64,000 bases of DNA. Source: an uncultured delta proteobacterium (lineage in GTDB: Bacteria > Myxococcota > Myxococcia > Myxococcales > Anaeromyxobacteraceae). Below the pieces are notes generated by a model. The model was not told where the DNA came from and did no database searches. It saw nothing but the letters and a program-made list of their open reading frames with translations. Positions 52,576 through 62,317 of this stretch are shown one piece after another (the stretch's first letter is position 1; every line of letters starts with the position of its first letter). Where the stretch lies: assembly GCA_963845515.1 (NCBI GenBank), contig CAWJSR010000045.1:96001-160000 (forward strand), read 5' to 3'. The position numbers and the translations under genes are program-made.

Positions 52576-52709
52576 CCACCCTTCGCCGACCGCGACACGC
52601 CCGCGTCCTCGTCGGCGAAACCTTTTCCCCGGCACCCCTCCCAGGCGGCCGCGACGTCTAGACGCCACGCTGTCGCTTCCCAGCGTCGGCGTTCGACTGG
52701 CCTCCGCGG

Positions 52710-53006
52710 GCCAATGACCTCGTCATCATCAGGGCATCTGGCAAGGTGAAGGTCGGCGCTTGGACCGGCGAAGTCGGCCCCGCCGGCGCCACAGACGGCA
52801 ACGGCACCCTCGCAATCAAGGTCGGTACGGGCACGGTGATCCCCGTCGGCCAGAAGTGGTTCGGGGCGTTTGAGGAAGACGGCGGCGCGCTCAAAGTTCG
52901 CGTCCACGACACCGCCTACGGCGATAACTCCGGCTCGTTCAAGGTTGTCATCATCGTCATCCCGGGCGCCGCTCTCCCGGAGCCGGAGTTGGTGCAGGCT
53001 GAGTAG
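52710..53006 (+). pseudogene. 5'-truncated LecA/PA-IL-like lectin domain
   Basis: ANDLVIIRASG..GTLAIKVGTGTVIPV..DTAYGDNSGSFKVVI; no clear start covering the whole domain. Confidence 0.55.
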
Positions 53007-53096
53007 TCTGCCGATCGCTTTGCTGCCGAGCGAAGCCCCCACGCCCCTTAAGGGCGTGGCGGGCTCCAACAGCCTGGCCCTTGGCCTAGTCCAGGC

Positions 53097-53657
53097 CTAG
53101 CCGACGCCAGCGAGGTGGCCCCAGCCGGCGGCCACCGCCCAGCCGATCCAGAAGTAGATCGTGCCCCAGAGGATCCCCGCGAGGAGGGTGCCGATCACGA
53201 AGGTCGAGCGCCTCATCCCGAGCGCGCCGGCCACGACCGTCATGACGATCCGCAGGCCGGGCACGAGCCGGCCGATGACGACCGCCGGAGATCCTCGCCG
53301 CGCGAGCCACTGCTCCACGCGGTACTCGCGCTCCTCGGTGTAGCCGAAGCGGCGGGCGAACCTGCGCAGGAGCGGGCGCCCCCCGCGCTGCGCGAGCGTG
53401 AAGAGGATGGCAGCGCCGAGCACGGTGGCGACTGTCACGACTGCGACGACGGCTGGTCCCGACGTCTTCCCCTGGTACGCGAGGAAGCCGGCGGCGGCGA
53501 TGAAGAGGTCGCCCGGGATCGGGAGCGGCACGCCCGCTTCCTCCACGAAGATGATCCCGAAGAGGCCGGCGTAGTGCCACTTCTCGATGAGCTCCTGGGG
53601 GGACACGGAAAGGTGAGATAGCACGGCCGTGAGCGGGGCTGAGGAGGCGAACTGCAA
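53097..53657 (-). CDS. DedA-family membrane protein (start uncertain)
   Basis: FVEEAGVPLPIPGD, GRLVPGLR..AG..M...F. Confidence 0.88.
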   Translation of the reverse strand: MQFASSAPLTAVLSHLSVSPQELIEKWHYAGLFGIIFVEEAGVPLPIPGDLFIAAAGFLAYQGKTSGPAVVAVVTVATVLGAAILFTLAQRGGRPLLRRFARRFGYTEEREYRVEQWLARRGSPAVVIGRLVPGLRIVMTVVAGALGMRRSTFVIGTLLAGILWGTIYFWIGWAVAAGWGHLAGVG

Positions 53658-53674
53658 CAGCCGGCTCGCCCAAC

Positions 53675-53708
53675 GTTGAGATCTTCATCAATAGGCGAAG
53701 ATCTCAAC
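53675..53708. promoter_or_regulatory. Perfect 12-bp inverted repeat (candidate activator site)
   Basis: GTTGAGATCTTC-N10-GAAGATCTCAAC. Confidence 0.6.
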
Positions 53709-53864
53709 AGTCGGCCGTAAGCCACCGGGATCAGGCCGGATCCCGTTGGCCTACCAGCGCCGCCCCTCCACAAGCTGTTTACGTATTCGACAGCGACAGT
53801 TCCGCGCAGCTGCTTGAACCCTCGCAAGCCTGCGGATCCACACGCACCGCCAAAGGGGCCCATC

Positions 53865-53879
53865 TGGCCTGCTACTTGC
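53865..53879 (+). promoter_or_regulatory. sigma54 promoter of the gcvH-like gene
   Basis: TGGCCTG-CTAC-TTGC with GG-N10-GC spacing, about 75 nt before ATG 53953. Confidence 0.65.
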
Positions 53880-53952
53880 CCTAGTGAATGAGCGTGCGGG
53901 ACCCCAGACGCCCCGCAATCGACGCCCGGACGGGGCGGCCAAGGAGAGCGCG

Positions 53953-54651
53953 ATGACGACCTTCAACGAGATCCTCCAGGTGATCGGTGCCTTCGCAGTC
54001 GGCCTCACAGCTCGCGCCCTGCTCTTCATCGTGGGTGCCGCGCTCCTCGTGATCCCGGCCGCGCTCATCGCGGTGGGGATCAACGCCGTCCGCGCGCGCC
54101 GGGAGCGCCTGCTCTCCCGCGTCGGCAACCTCGTCTATCGCGAAGGTGCCTACTACGCCCCCAATCACACGTGGCTCTCGCCCCGCGCGAGCGGCGACTT
54201 CGACGTGGGCATCGACGACATCGCCCGGAAGATCATCCCCGGCTCGTCGTCGGTCGAGCTCCCGAAGGCCGGCGCCCGCTTCCACAGGGGCGATCCGATC
54301 GCGATCGTCCGCGCCGGTGAGCGCGAGGTCATGATCAGTGCGCCGCTGGATGGTGAGGTGACGCGAGTGAACTCGGCTGTCCGCTCCGATCCGTCGCTGG
54401 TGCGGGACGAGGCCTACGGCCGCGGGTGGCTCTTCTCCTTCGCCCCGTCCGACGCCGGCTACCTGCGCTTCCCGTCCGGCTACGAGGCCGCAGGCTGGCT
54501 CGCGCGCGAGAAGGCTCGCCTCGCGACCTTCATCGAGGCCGAGCTGGGCATCGCCGCAGCCGACGGCGGCGAGCTGACGACGCCGGTGCCCGCCGCGCTC
54601 GGTGAGGAGGGCTGGCGGAAGGTGGTGACCAACTTCCTCCACTCCGCCTGA
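53953..54651 (+). CDS. Membrane-anchored GcvH-like protein
   Basis: N-terminal TM; YYAPNHTW..VGIDDIA..SAPLDGEVTRVN..DEAYGRGWL. Confidence 0.8.
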   Translation: MTTFNEILQVIGAFAVGLTARALLFIVGAALLVIPAALIAVGINAVRARRERLLSRVGNLVYREGAYYAPNHTWLSPRASGDFDVGIDDIARKIIPGSSSVELPKAGARFHRGDPIAIVRAGEREVMISAPLDGEVTRVNSAVRSDPSLVRDEAYGRGWLFSFAPSDAGYLRFPSGYEAAGWLAREKARLATFIEAELGIAAADGGELTTPVPAALGEEGWRKVVTNFLHSA

Positions 54652-54798
54652 CCCGCAGCCGCACCCCTCCTTCGGCCCCGGCCGCCCGATGCGACCGGGG
54701 CCGAGCCATGCTCGCCGTGAAGATCGGGGCGTCCCGGTGCGCCAGGAGCTCCGCGAGGACCGGCGGGAGCTGGACGAAGGCCACGGGCGGTAGCGGCG

Positions 54799-54848
54799 CC
54801 CCTCTCCCCCCTTGCGGGGGCAGGGGCGAAACCGGGGTGCCGAGGGGT
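54799..54848. repeat. Degenerate palindromic repeat copy
   Basis: CCCCTCTCCCCCTTGCGGGGGCAGGGG...GGGGTG. Confidence 0.5.
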
Positions 54849-55085
54849 TGCCTCCCTCGGCACCTCGATCTAACTTCGAGCCATGCGGGAGGCCCTGCGA
54901 CAGGTCGTTCGTCGGCGGATAGAGGACGCGCTCGCGTTCCGTCCGTGGATGCTCGGCGCCGCCGTGCTCCTCGCATGCGCCATCGGCGTCGGGATCATGG
55001 AGCTGCGCCGCCCGGTCATGTGGGCGCAGGCCGATCAGCAGACCTCCGCCCGGCCGTAGCCCGGATCCCTCGCCCCTGGCGCCGG

Positions 55086-55655
55086 TCAGCGAGCCCCGCA
55101 CGCGGCGAGCGCGCGCCGGAACGCCGGCCGCTCCGTCGCCCGCTCGCGCGCAACCTGGGCGCGGACGGAGGCACAGCCGGTCGACGGCGACGCGCTGACC
55201 AGGACCTCGGCAGCGTTCGCGCGAATCCGCCTGTCCGCGTCTCCGGAGAGCAGGTGCCCGAGCGCCGTCTCCAGGCGCTGGCTCGGCAGCAGCCGCCCCA
55301 GCGCGCGGAGCGCGCCGTGGCGGACGGCGAAGGGCGCGGCGACGTCCGCGGCGAGCCGCTCGTGGACCGCGCCGTCGGCTCCCAGCGTCGCGGCTCCCTC
55401 CAGCGCGCGCGCGCGCGCTGATGGGAGGCTGCCCGGGTCCTGGGCGATCCGCTCCAGCAGGGGAAGCGCGCCCGCGGGGAGGCGCCGCCAGGCCTCGACG
55501 GACACCGGCCGATCGATCGCGCCGAGCAGCGGCGAGATGAGCGCGAGGAGGGCGGCCTCGTCTCCGGGGAGGCAGACCGAGCCACTCGGCGCCGACGGTG
55601 GGCTGCAGATCGGAGCGGCGGCGAGGGCGAACGACAGCGCGAGCGTGGCGATCAA
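55086..55655 (-). CDS. Exported HEAT-repeat-like protein
   Basis: Signal peptide; Ala/Leu/Arg helical repeats (ARARALE, VRHGALRALG, IRANAAEVL). Confidence 0.6.
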   Translation of the reverse strand: MIATLALSFALAAAPICSPPSAPSGSVCLPGDEAALLALISPLLGAIDRPVSVEAWRRLPAGALPLLERIAQDPGSLPSARARALEGAATLGADGAVHERLAADVAAPFAVRHGALRALGRLLPSQRLETALGHLLSGDADRRIRANAAEVLVSASPSTGCASVRAQVARERATERPAFRRALAACGAR

Positions 55656-55662
55656 GGGATCC

Positions 55663-57160
55663 TCACTTCACGGCCGGATTCAGGCGCGCGATGTGCGACT
55701 GCTGGGCGGTGAGGCGTCCGATCGATTCGGACGGGTCGATCACCCAGAACATGAGGTTGTCGCCACCGGCGCAGGTCGCGCCATCGGACCTGCAGACCTG
55801 CGGGAACATTTCGAAGGCGCCGTCGCACGTCCGGCTGCCGCACGCGGAGCAGGAGCAGGTGCCGGTGTCCTCGAGCGGATCGAACGTGTCTCCCGACGAC
55901 TCCGTCGTGTGGTAGAGCCCGAGCCAGTGGCCGATCTCGTGCGCGGCGATGTAGCCCGCGCGGTCCGAGCCGCAGCCGGCGAGGTCGGGGGCAGGGTTGC
56001 CACAGCTGCCCCAGCCGATGTCGTCGAGCGTCATGGCGGCGCCGCCGCTGTAGGCGCCGGGCAGGCCGGAGGGGCCGGGGATCGAGCCGTCGATCCCGAC
56101 GATGCCGCTGTCGCAGTTGCCCCCGTAGCAGAGCGCGTCCACGAGGAAGAGGTGGACGCCATCGGCCGGGGCCGCGAGCGTGAAGAGCTGGGAAAGCTCA
56201 CCGCAGGGGGCGTCTCCGTCGATGGCTGGCTGCGTGAAGCGCGTCTCGATACGCGCCCAGGCTGGCACCTCGCGGAAGGTGACGCTCCCGAGGCAGATGC
56301 CGCCCTGGCCGAGCAGCCGGCCGATCTCGGCGATGAAGCGGAGCATCCCCGGGTCGCTGACGGCGGTGTCCGCCCGGAGCCCGGCTCCGCCTCCGACGAG
56401 GTAGAGGTTCAGGTCGAGCGTCCCGGTCGAGACGTAGGGTCCCGGGCGCGCGACCACGGTGACGTCATAGGTTCCGGCGGAGCCTGGCGTGCAGCCACCA
56501 CCCATGGCAGCGCACTCGGCGTTCCAGTCGTTGACCGTGAAGCTCCAGGTGCCCGGGGGGACCTCCCCGTTCGCGAGCGCGAGATCGGCCAGCCGCGACG
56601 TATTCGGGACGCCGAAGCTGCCTGACCACGGCGTGAAGCCGCCGTAGTAGGCCGGGAGGTAGAGCGGCTTCGGCGGCGGCATCGCCATGTCGTCGTAGAG
56701 GACGTGGCCGTTCGGCAGCGTCACGCCGGTCGGTACGACCGAGTTGGGGATCTGCTGCGAGCCGTACCAGAAGAAGTCGGCCGCCACGGTCGCCTGGGAG
56801 TGGATGGTGACGCTGGAGGTCCCTGGCGGCACGGGGAAGCTGACGCGTGTGCCGACAGCGTGGACCCCGTCGTAGGCGATCCAGCTCCCCGGCAGCACGG
56901 GGGTCGCGACGATGTCCCTTCGACAGCTCGCGTAGTCGGTCGAGGCGGCCGGCGAGGAGACGCCAGGTGCGGCGGTCGGCAAGATTCGACCCCGGCAGCG
57001 CGCAGAGCGGACTCGCCGGCAACGACGCGACGCAGCGCCCCTCGAAGCAGAACGTCCCCTCCTCGCACAGCGCCGACGACTCGCAGGAGCCGCCGGACGA
57101 CGGGCAGCCCGACACGGAGAGGGCCAGCGCAGACAGCGCCAGGGCCGCGGCTCTCGACAT
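55663..57160 (-). CDS. Cys-rich zinc-metalloprotease lipoprotein (frameshift near 56985)
   Basis: LSVSGC lipobox plus a Cys-rich module in one frame; AHEIGHWLGLYHTTE and NLMF Met-turn in the other. Confidence 0.75.
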
Positions 57161-57188
57161 GGACGTGGAGTTCACGGCGGCCATCCTC

Positions 57189-57869
57189 TCACACCGGTGG
57201 TGCGGAGCGCCCCCCGAAGGTGCGCTCCAGCAGCACCTTGAGGATGTGCGCCGTCAGGCCCCAGATGTTCCGGTCCGGCCCGGCGTCGAAGGACCAGATC
57301 CGGTGGTGGCCGGTGACCGGGTCCAGCTCCTCGAAGGCCAGCCGCGCGAGGCGCACCGCCGTCCGCAGCGCGTCGGGTCCGGTCTCGGGATCCCACAGCC
57401 GGAAGCTCCGGTTGGCAGGGTCGAGCAGCAGCGCCAGCGGGACCTCGAAGGGCTCGTGGACCTCGAACTCCTCGGCGTGGAAGGACGCGGGTGGATCGGC
57501 GACGGAGGCGACGACCGGCGTCACGACGTAGTACGAGACGCTCGGGAGGTCGTCCATGATCCCGACCACCTCCACCGACCCCGGCTCGAGCCCGACCTCC
57601 TCGTGCGCCTCGCGCAGCGCCGCCGCCACCGCGTCCTCCCCGTTCTCGGCGCCGCCGCCCGGAAACGAGATCTCCCCCTTGTGCTGGGGGACGCGCGTCG
57701 TGCGGCGCGTGAAGAGGAGCGTGGGTCCGCCGGGACGCTGCAGCAGGGGGACGAGGACGGAGGCGGGGCGAAAGCCGTCGATGCGGAGCGTCCGAGGTGC
57801 GCGCGTCGCCAGCGCGGAGCGGAGGCGCTCCCTGGCCTCTGCGAAAGTCGGCGTTTCCAGCGGTGGCAT
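57189..57869 (-). CDS. Nudix CoA pyrophosphatase
   Basis: ASVLVPL, HKGEISFPGG..AALREAHEEVGL, IWGLTA. Confidence 0.9.
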   Translation of the reverse strand: MPPLETPTFAEARERLRSALATRAPRTLRIDGFRPASVLVPLLQRPGGPTLLFTRRTTRVPQHKGEISFPGGGAENGEDAVAAALREAHEEVGLEPGSVEVVGIMDDLPSVSYYVVTPVVASVADPPASFHAEEFEVHEPFEVPLALLLDPANRSFRLWDPETGPDALRTAVRLARLAFEELDPVTGHHRIWSFDAGPDRNIWGLTAHILKVLLERTFGGRSAPPV

Positions 57870-57943
57870 CGGATCGGACCTAAGGGGATTGTACGGCAAC
57901 CGCCGCCGGACTACTTTTCCCGACCCCCCCCACGGAGGCCAAC

Positions 57944-59627
57944 GTGCGCAGCGACGTCATCAAGAAGGGTTACGAGAAGGCTCCCCATCGGAGCCTGCTC
58001 CGGGCGACAGGGCTCAAGGACGAGGACTTCGAGAAGCCGTTCATCGGCATCGCGAACAGCCACATCGACATCATCCCTGGCCACTTCTACCTGCAGGAGT
58101 ACGGCCGGGTCGCCAAGGACGAGATCCGGAAGGCGGGCGGCGTCCCCTTCGAGTTCAACACCATCGGCGTCGACGACGGGATCGCGATGGGGCACGGCGG
58201 GATGCTCTTCAGCCTGCCGTCGCGCGAGCTGATCGCCGACTCGATCGAGACGATGATGCAGGCGCACCAGCTCGACGCGCTCCTCTGCATCCCCAACTGC
58301 GACAAGATCGTGCCGGGCATGCTGATGGGGGCGCTCCGTGTCGACGTCCCGACGGTCTTCGTCTCCGGCGGCCCGATGAAGGCCGGCCGGCTCTCGGACG
58401 GCACCTCGATCGATCTCAACACCGCGTTCGAGGCGGTCGGGAAGCGCGCGCTGGGGCAGCTGACCGACGCGCAGCTCTACGAGATCGAGTGCAAGGCCTG
58501 CCCCTCGGGCGGCTCCTGCTCAGGCATGTTCACCGCCAACTCGATGAACGTCCTCTGCGAGGCGATGGGGATCGCGCTCCCGGGCAACGGGACCATCCTG
58601 GCGCTGACCCCGGAGCGGGAGGCGCTCGTCCGGAAGGCGGCGCGCCGCGCGGTGGAGATCGCCGCGGACGAGCGGTTCAGGATGCGCAGGATCGTGAACG
58701 CCGACGCGATCCACAACGCGATGGTGGTCGACATGGCGATGGGGGGCTCGTCCAACACGGTCCTCCACATGCTCGCCATCGCGACGCGAGGCCGGAGTCG
58801 AGTTCGGGCTGAAGGACATCGAGAAGATCGCGAGCCAGGTTGCCCACATAGCCAAGGTCGCCCCGTCGCTCGCGACGGTCCACATGGAGGACATCCACGC
58901 CGCCGGCGGCGTGCCGGCGGTGCTCCACGAGGTGGCGAAGCGCGGCGGGATCGTCCGGACCGAGGCGCTCACCGTCACCGGCGAGACAGTCGGCCAGCGG
59001 ATCAAGGACGCCGAGATCAGGGACGCCGCGGTGATCCGGACGTGGGACACCGCCTACTCCCCGGTGGGCGGCCTCGCGGTCCTCCACGGCAACCTCGCCC
59101 CCGAGGGCGCCGTCGTGAAGACCGCCGGCATCCAGCCGTCGATGCGCAAGTTCACCGGCAAGGCGATCTGCTTCGACTCGCAGGATGACGCCATCGCCGG
59201 GATCATGGGCGGCAGCGTGAAGCCCGGCCACTTCGTCGTGCTCCGCTACGAGGGGCCGAAGGGCGGCCCCGGCATGCAGGAGATGCTCACCCCCACGTCG
59301 CTCATCATGGGGATGGGGCTCGGCGAGAAGGTGGCGCTGGTCACCGACGGCCGCTTCTCCGGCGCGACCCGCGGCGCCTGCGTCGGCCACGTCTCCCCCG
59401 AGGCGGCAGAGGGCGGTCCGATCGGCCTCGTCAAGAACGGCGACGACGATCACCATCGACGTCGAGAAGCGCAAGCCTGACGCTCGGCGTCCCGGACGCG
59501 GAGCTCGCGAGAGCGCCGCGCCACCTTCGACCCGAAGAAGAAGACGATCACGTCGAAGTGGCTCAAGCGCTACTCGCTGCTCGTCTCGAACGCGAGCAAC
59601 GGCGCGGTGATGAAGACGGAGCTGTAG
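57944..59627 (+). CDS. ilvD: Dihydroxy-acid dehydratase (about four single-base insertions)
   Basis: [59 protein letters not shown] across frames; breaks near 58784, 59445, 59477, 59510. Confidence 0.93.
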
Positions 59628-59650
59628 CGGGCTTCACCCAACGGAACATC

Positions 59651-59672
59651 CCCTCTCCCCACCGGGGGAGAG
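59651..59672. repeat. Palindromic repeat copy
   Basis: CCCTCTCCCC-ACCG-GGGGAGAG. Confidence 0.6.
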
Positions 59673-59708
59673 ATCCACGCGCCTCGGCCATGATGCGCGA
59701 CCTCGCGA

Positions 59709-59957
59709 GGCGTCGCGATGCTCTCGTCGGTCCTTCGGAGCCCCCGGGCCGTCGAGGTGAACATCGAGATCATGCGCGCCTTCGTCCGCCTGCGACGATT
59801 GCTGCTGGAGAACGCCGACCTCGCCCGCAAGCTAGCCGAGCTGGAGCAGAAGTACGACGGCCAGTTCCGCGTCGTCTTCGAGGCGATCCGGGAGCTGATG
59901 GAGCCGGCGGAGGGGCCGGCGCGGCGGATCGGGTTCGGTAGTGACGAACAGTGCTAG
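59709..59957 (+). pseudogene. C-terminal half of an ORF6N-domain protein
   Basis: [29 protein letters not shown]...YD.QF..VFEAIR.L..RIGF; N-terminal domain absent. Confidence 0.75.
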
Positions 59958-60012
59958 TCTCCTTGGTTCGTGTCGAACGCGAGCAACGGCTGACCTCGCA
60001 CTCGGAGGAACA

Positions 60013-60795
60013 ATGGCGGAGAGAGTGAGCGCAGAGGAGCGCGAGCACCTGCTCGAAGAGCTGCGGTCCCTCATCGAGCGGCGCGGGGCGGAGACCTTCC
60101 TCGCCGCGCCGATCCGCGAGCCGACCCCGCAGGACTTCCCCGATCCGTTCGAGCCGACCGCCGGCGGTGTCGAGGTGCTGCTGCGCCGCGTGATGGCATA
60201 CGCAGGGCTCGGTGCGCTCCCGTTCCGGCTGCACCTCTTCTCGGCGCCGGAGGAGATCCGTGAGCTGAGCGATCGCGGAGAGCGAAGGAGGTGGGGGCAT
60301 GACGGCGCCGCGGCCTGGTTCGCCGGGATCGAGGATGGCTGCTGCCTCTTCGGCGTTCGGGAAGAGGGGATCGGGGAGCCCGTGGCGCTCGTGGCCACGC
60401 TCTGCCACGAGGTGGCCCACGCGTGGCGGCACAACCACGGTCTCGTCGAGGAGGATCGGGAGCTGGAGGAGATGCTCACCGATCTCACGACCGTCTACAT
60501 GGGGTTCGGTGTGCTAACGACCAATGGGGCCTACGTCTACCGCCAGGGCGGCGAGTACACGGGCACCGTCGCGATCAGCCAGTGGAGCCACACCCACGCC
60601 GGCTACCTCTCGCCGGAGTCCATGAGCCTCCTGCTCGCGGCGCAGGTCAGGGCGCGCCGAATGGGATGGTGGGCGCGGCGTCGGATCCACGGAAGACTCG
60701 AGGCCAACCAGGCGTCGCACTTTCGCTGGGCTCTCACGCGGCTGGGCTCGGCCGAGGAGGTGAGACGGGCGCTCGGGATCGATCGCTCCCGTTGA
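60013..60795 (+). CDS. Hypothetical HExxH (zincin-like) protein
   Basis: GGAGG RBS; LVATLCHEVAH..E..TDL..VYMGFG..GYLS. Confidence 0.7.
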   Translation: MAERVSAEEREHLLEELRSLIERRGAETFLAAPIREPTPQDFPDPFEPTAGGVEVLLRRVMAYAGLGALPFRLHLFSAPEEIRELSDRGERRRWGHDGAAAWFAGIEDGCCLFGVREEGIGEPVALVATLCHEVAHAWRHNHGLVEEDRELEEMLTDLTTVYMGFGVLTTNGAYVYRQGGEYTGTVAISQWSHTHAGYLSPESMSLLLAAQVRARRMGWWARRRIHGRLEANQASHFRWALTRLGSAEEVRRALGIDRSR

Positions 60796-60828
60796 CGGCG
60801 GCCACATGGTCACTATGATATGACCATG
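60792..60828 (+). promoter_or_regulatory. phd-vapC promoter and operator
   Basis: TTGACG-16nt-TATGAT; inverted repeat CATGGTCA (60805)/TGACCATG (60821) straddles the -10. Confidence 0.75.
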
Positions 60829-61056
60829 GTGCACGGGCGGCGGACCGTCTCCGCGGCGGTCTTCAAGGCGCGTTGCCTGGCGCTGATGGACGAGGTGAAC
60901 GCGACCGGCGAGACCCTCGTAGTCACGAAGCGCGGCCGGCCCGTCGCCAGGATCGTGGGGGGCGAAGAGCGCCCGCAGCGGCCGCTTCGGGGCAGCGTCC
61001 GGTGCAAGGGTGACATCGTCGGTCCCGTCGACGAGCCCTGGGACTCCGACCGGTGA
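60820..61056 (+). CDS. Phd/YefM-family antitoxin (start may be 60826)
   Basis: FKARCLALMDEV..TGE..VVTKRGRPVA. Confidence 0.9.
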   Translation: MTMVHGRRTVSAAVFKARCLALMDEVNATGETLVVTKRGRPVARIVGGEERPQRPLRGSVRCKGDIVGPVDEPWDSDR

Positions 61057-61436
61057 TCGTCCTGGACACGCACGCGTGGATCTGGCTCGCGAGCGATCCG
61101 GCGAAGCTCGGCAAGGAGACCCGGCGTCTCCTCCGGCGCGAGCGGGTGCGCGGCGTCGCGGCGATCAGCTGCTGGGAGGTGGCGATGCTCGCCGCCCGCG
61201 GGCGGATCGAGCTTGACCGGGAACCGGCTGCCTGGATGGACGACGCGCTGCGAGAGGTCGGCGCGGATCTCCTGCCGCTCACCCCCGCGGTTGCGGCCGC
61301 GTCCGCCCAGCTCGGGACCTTCCGCGGCGATCCCGCGGACCGGCTCATCGTCGCGACGGCGCTGACGCACGGCGCGGTGCTCGTCACGAAGGACGAGCGG
61401 ATCCGCGAGTTCGGGGCGGTGCGGACGGTCTGGTAG
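61053..61436 (+). CDS. vapC: VapC/PIN-domain toxin
   Basis: VLDTHAWIW, AISCWEV, DPADRLIVATA, LVTKD. Confidence 0.92.
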   Translation: MIVLDTHAWIWLASDPAKLGKETRRLLRRERVRGVAAISCWEVAMLAARGRIELDREPAAWMDDALREVGADLLPLTPAVAAASAQLGTFRGDPADRLIVATALTHGAVLVTKDERIREFGAVRTVW

Positions 61437-61450
61437 CTGGGCCCGCCCGC

Positions 61451-62317
61451 TCACCTCACGCACGCGGACTGCTCGCACTCGTGCTGCTGCTGCAGGGAGC
61501 ACGCGCGGCGCCAGTCCTTCAGCTTCGTCACGACGAACTCGGCGTAGAGGCAGGCGCTCTTCGCCCGCTCCGCCTCGGGCTGGAGCGCGAGCGCCTTCTG
61601 GTACGCGGCGTCGGCCTGCTTGAGGCGGCCCATGTAGTCGAGGACGCGCGCGAGGTTCCAGGCGTCCACGGGGTCCTTCGGCGCCGCCTTCACCGCCCTC
61701 TGTGCCCAGGAGAGCGCCTCGCCATCCCGCTTCAGCATCCCGTAGACGGCGGCGAGGTTCCCTGCGACGCGGTGGTCGCCCGGGTGACGCTTCTCGAGGG
61801 CGAGCAGGAAGGCCTCCGCCGCCTTGAGCGCGCGCCGCTGGAAGAGCTCCGCCGAGAAGGCGAGCCAGGCGTCGAGGCCGTCCTTGCCGGGATAGAGCAG
61901 GTCGCTCTCGAGCAAGGCGGGGATCATCCGCTCGTACATCGCCGCGAGCAGGAGGACGTGGAGGCGCCCCTGGTGGATCGAGAGGTCGCCAGGCGCCAGC
62001 AGCGCCGCGGCGTCGAGGTGGGCGAGCGCACGGAGCGCCGGGGCCTCGTCGTAACCCGGCGCCGCGAAGCCGCCCCCGTCGTCGCCACCGAGCCGGACGG
62101 CGTGCTCGCCGTGCGCACCCAGCTCGACGTTGGCGAGGCACTTGTGCGCCTCGGCCTTCGTCGCGGCGTCGGGGGACGAGAGCCACCCATCGCACAGCGC
62201 CCGGGCCTTCTCGAAGTCGCGCGCCTGGACGAGGGCGGCCCACTCGGCGGGGCGCGCCGTCGCTGCGGGCTCCACCGCGAGGACCACCGTCAGTGCACCC
62301 ATGATGATCGCGTACAT
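61451..62317 (-). CDS. Exported TPR protein
   Basis: GGAGG RBS, signal peptide, several TPR-like helices. Confidence 0.7.
   Translation of the reverse strand: MYAIIMGALTVVLAVEPAATARPAEWAALVQARDFEKARALCDGWLSSPDAATKAEAHKCLANVELGAHGEHAVRLGGDDGGGFAAPGYDEAPALRALAHLDAAALLAPGDLSIHQGRLHVLLLAAMYERMIPALLESDLLYPGKDGLDAWLAFSAELFQRRALKAAEAFLLALEKRHPGDHRVAGNLAAVYGMLKRDGEALSWAQRAVKAAPKDPVDAWNLARVLDYMGRLKQADAAYQKALALQPEAERAKSACLYAEFVVTKLKDWRRACSLQQQHECEQSACVR

Noticed and set aside
57944..59627. Programmed frameshifting in ilvD
   Set aside because: Four separate extra bases without slippery heptamers fit read error or decay better
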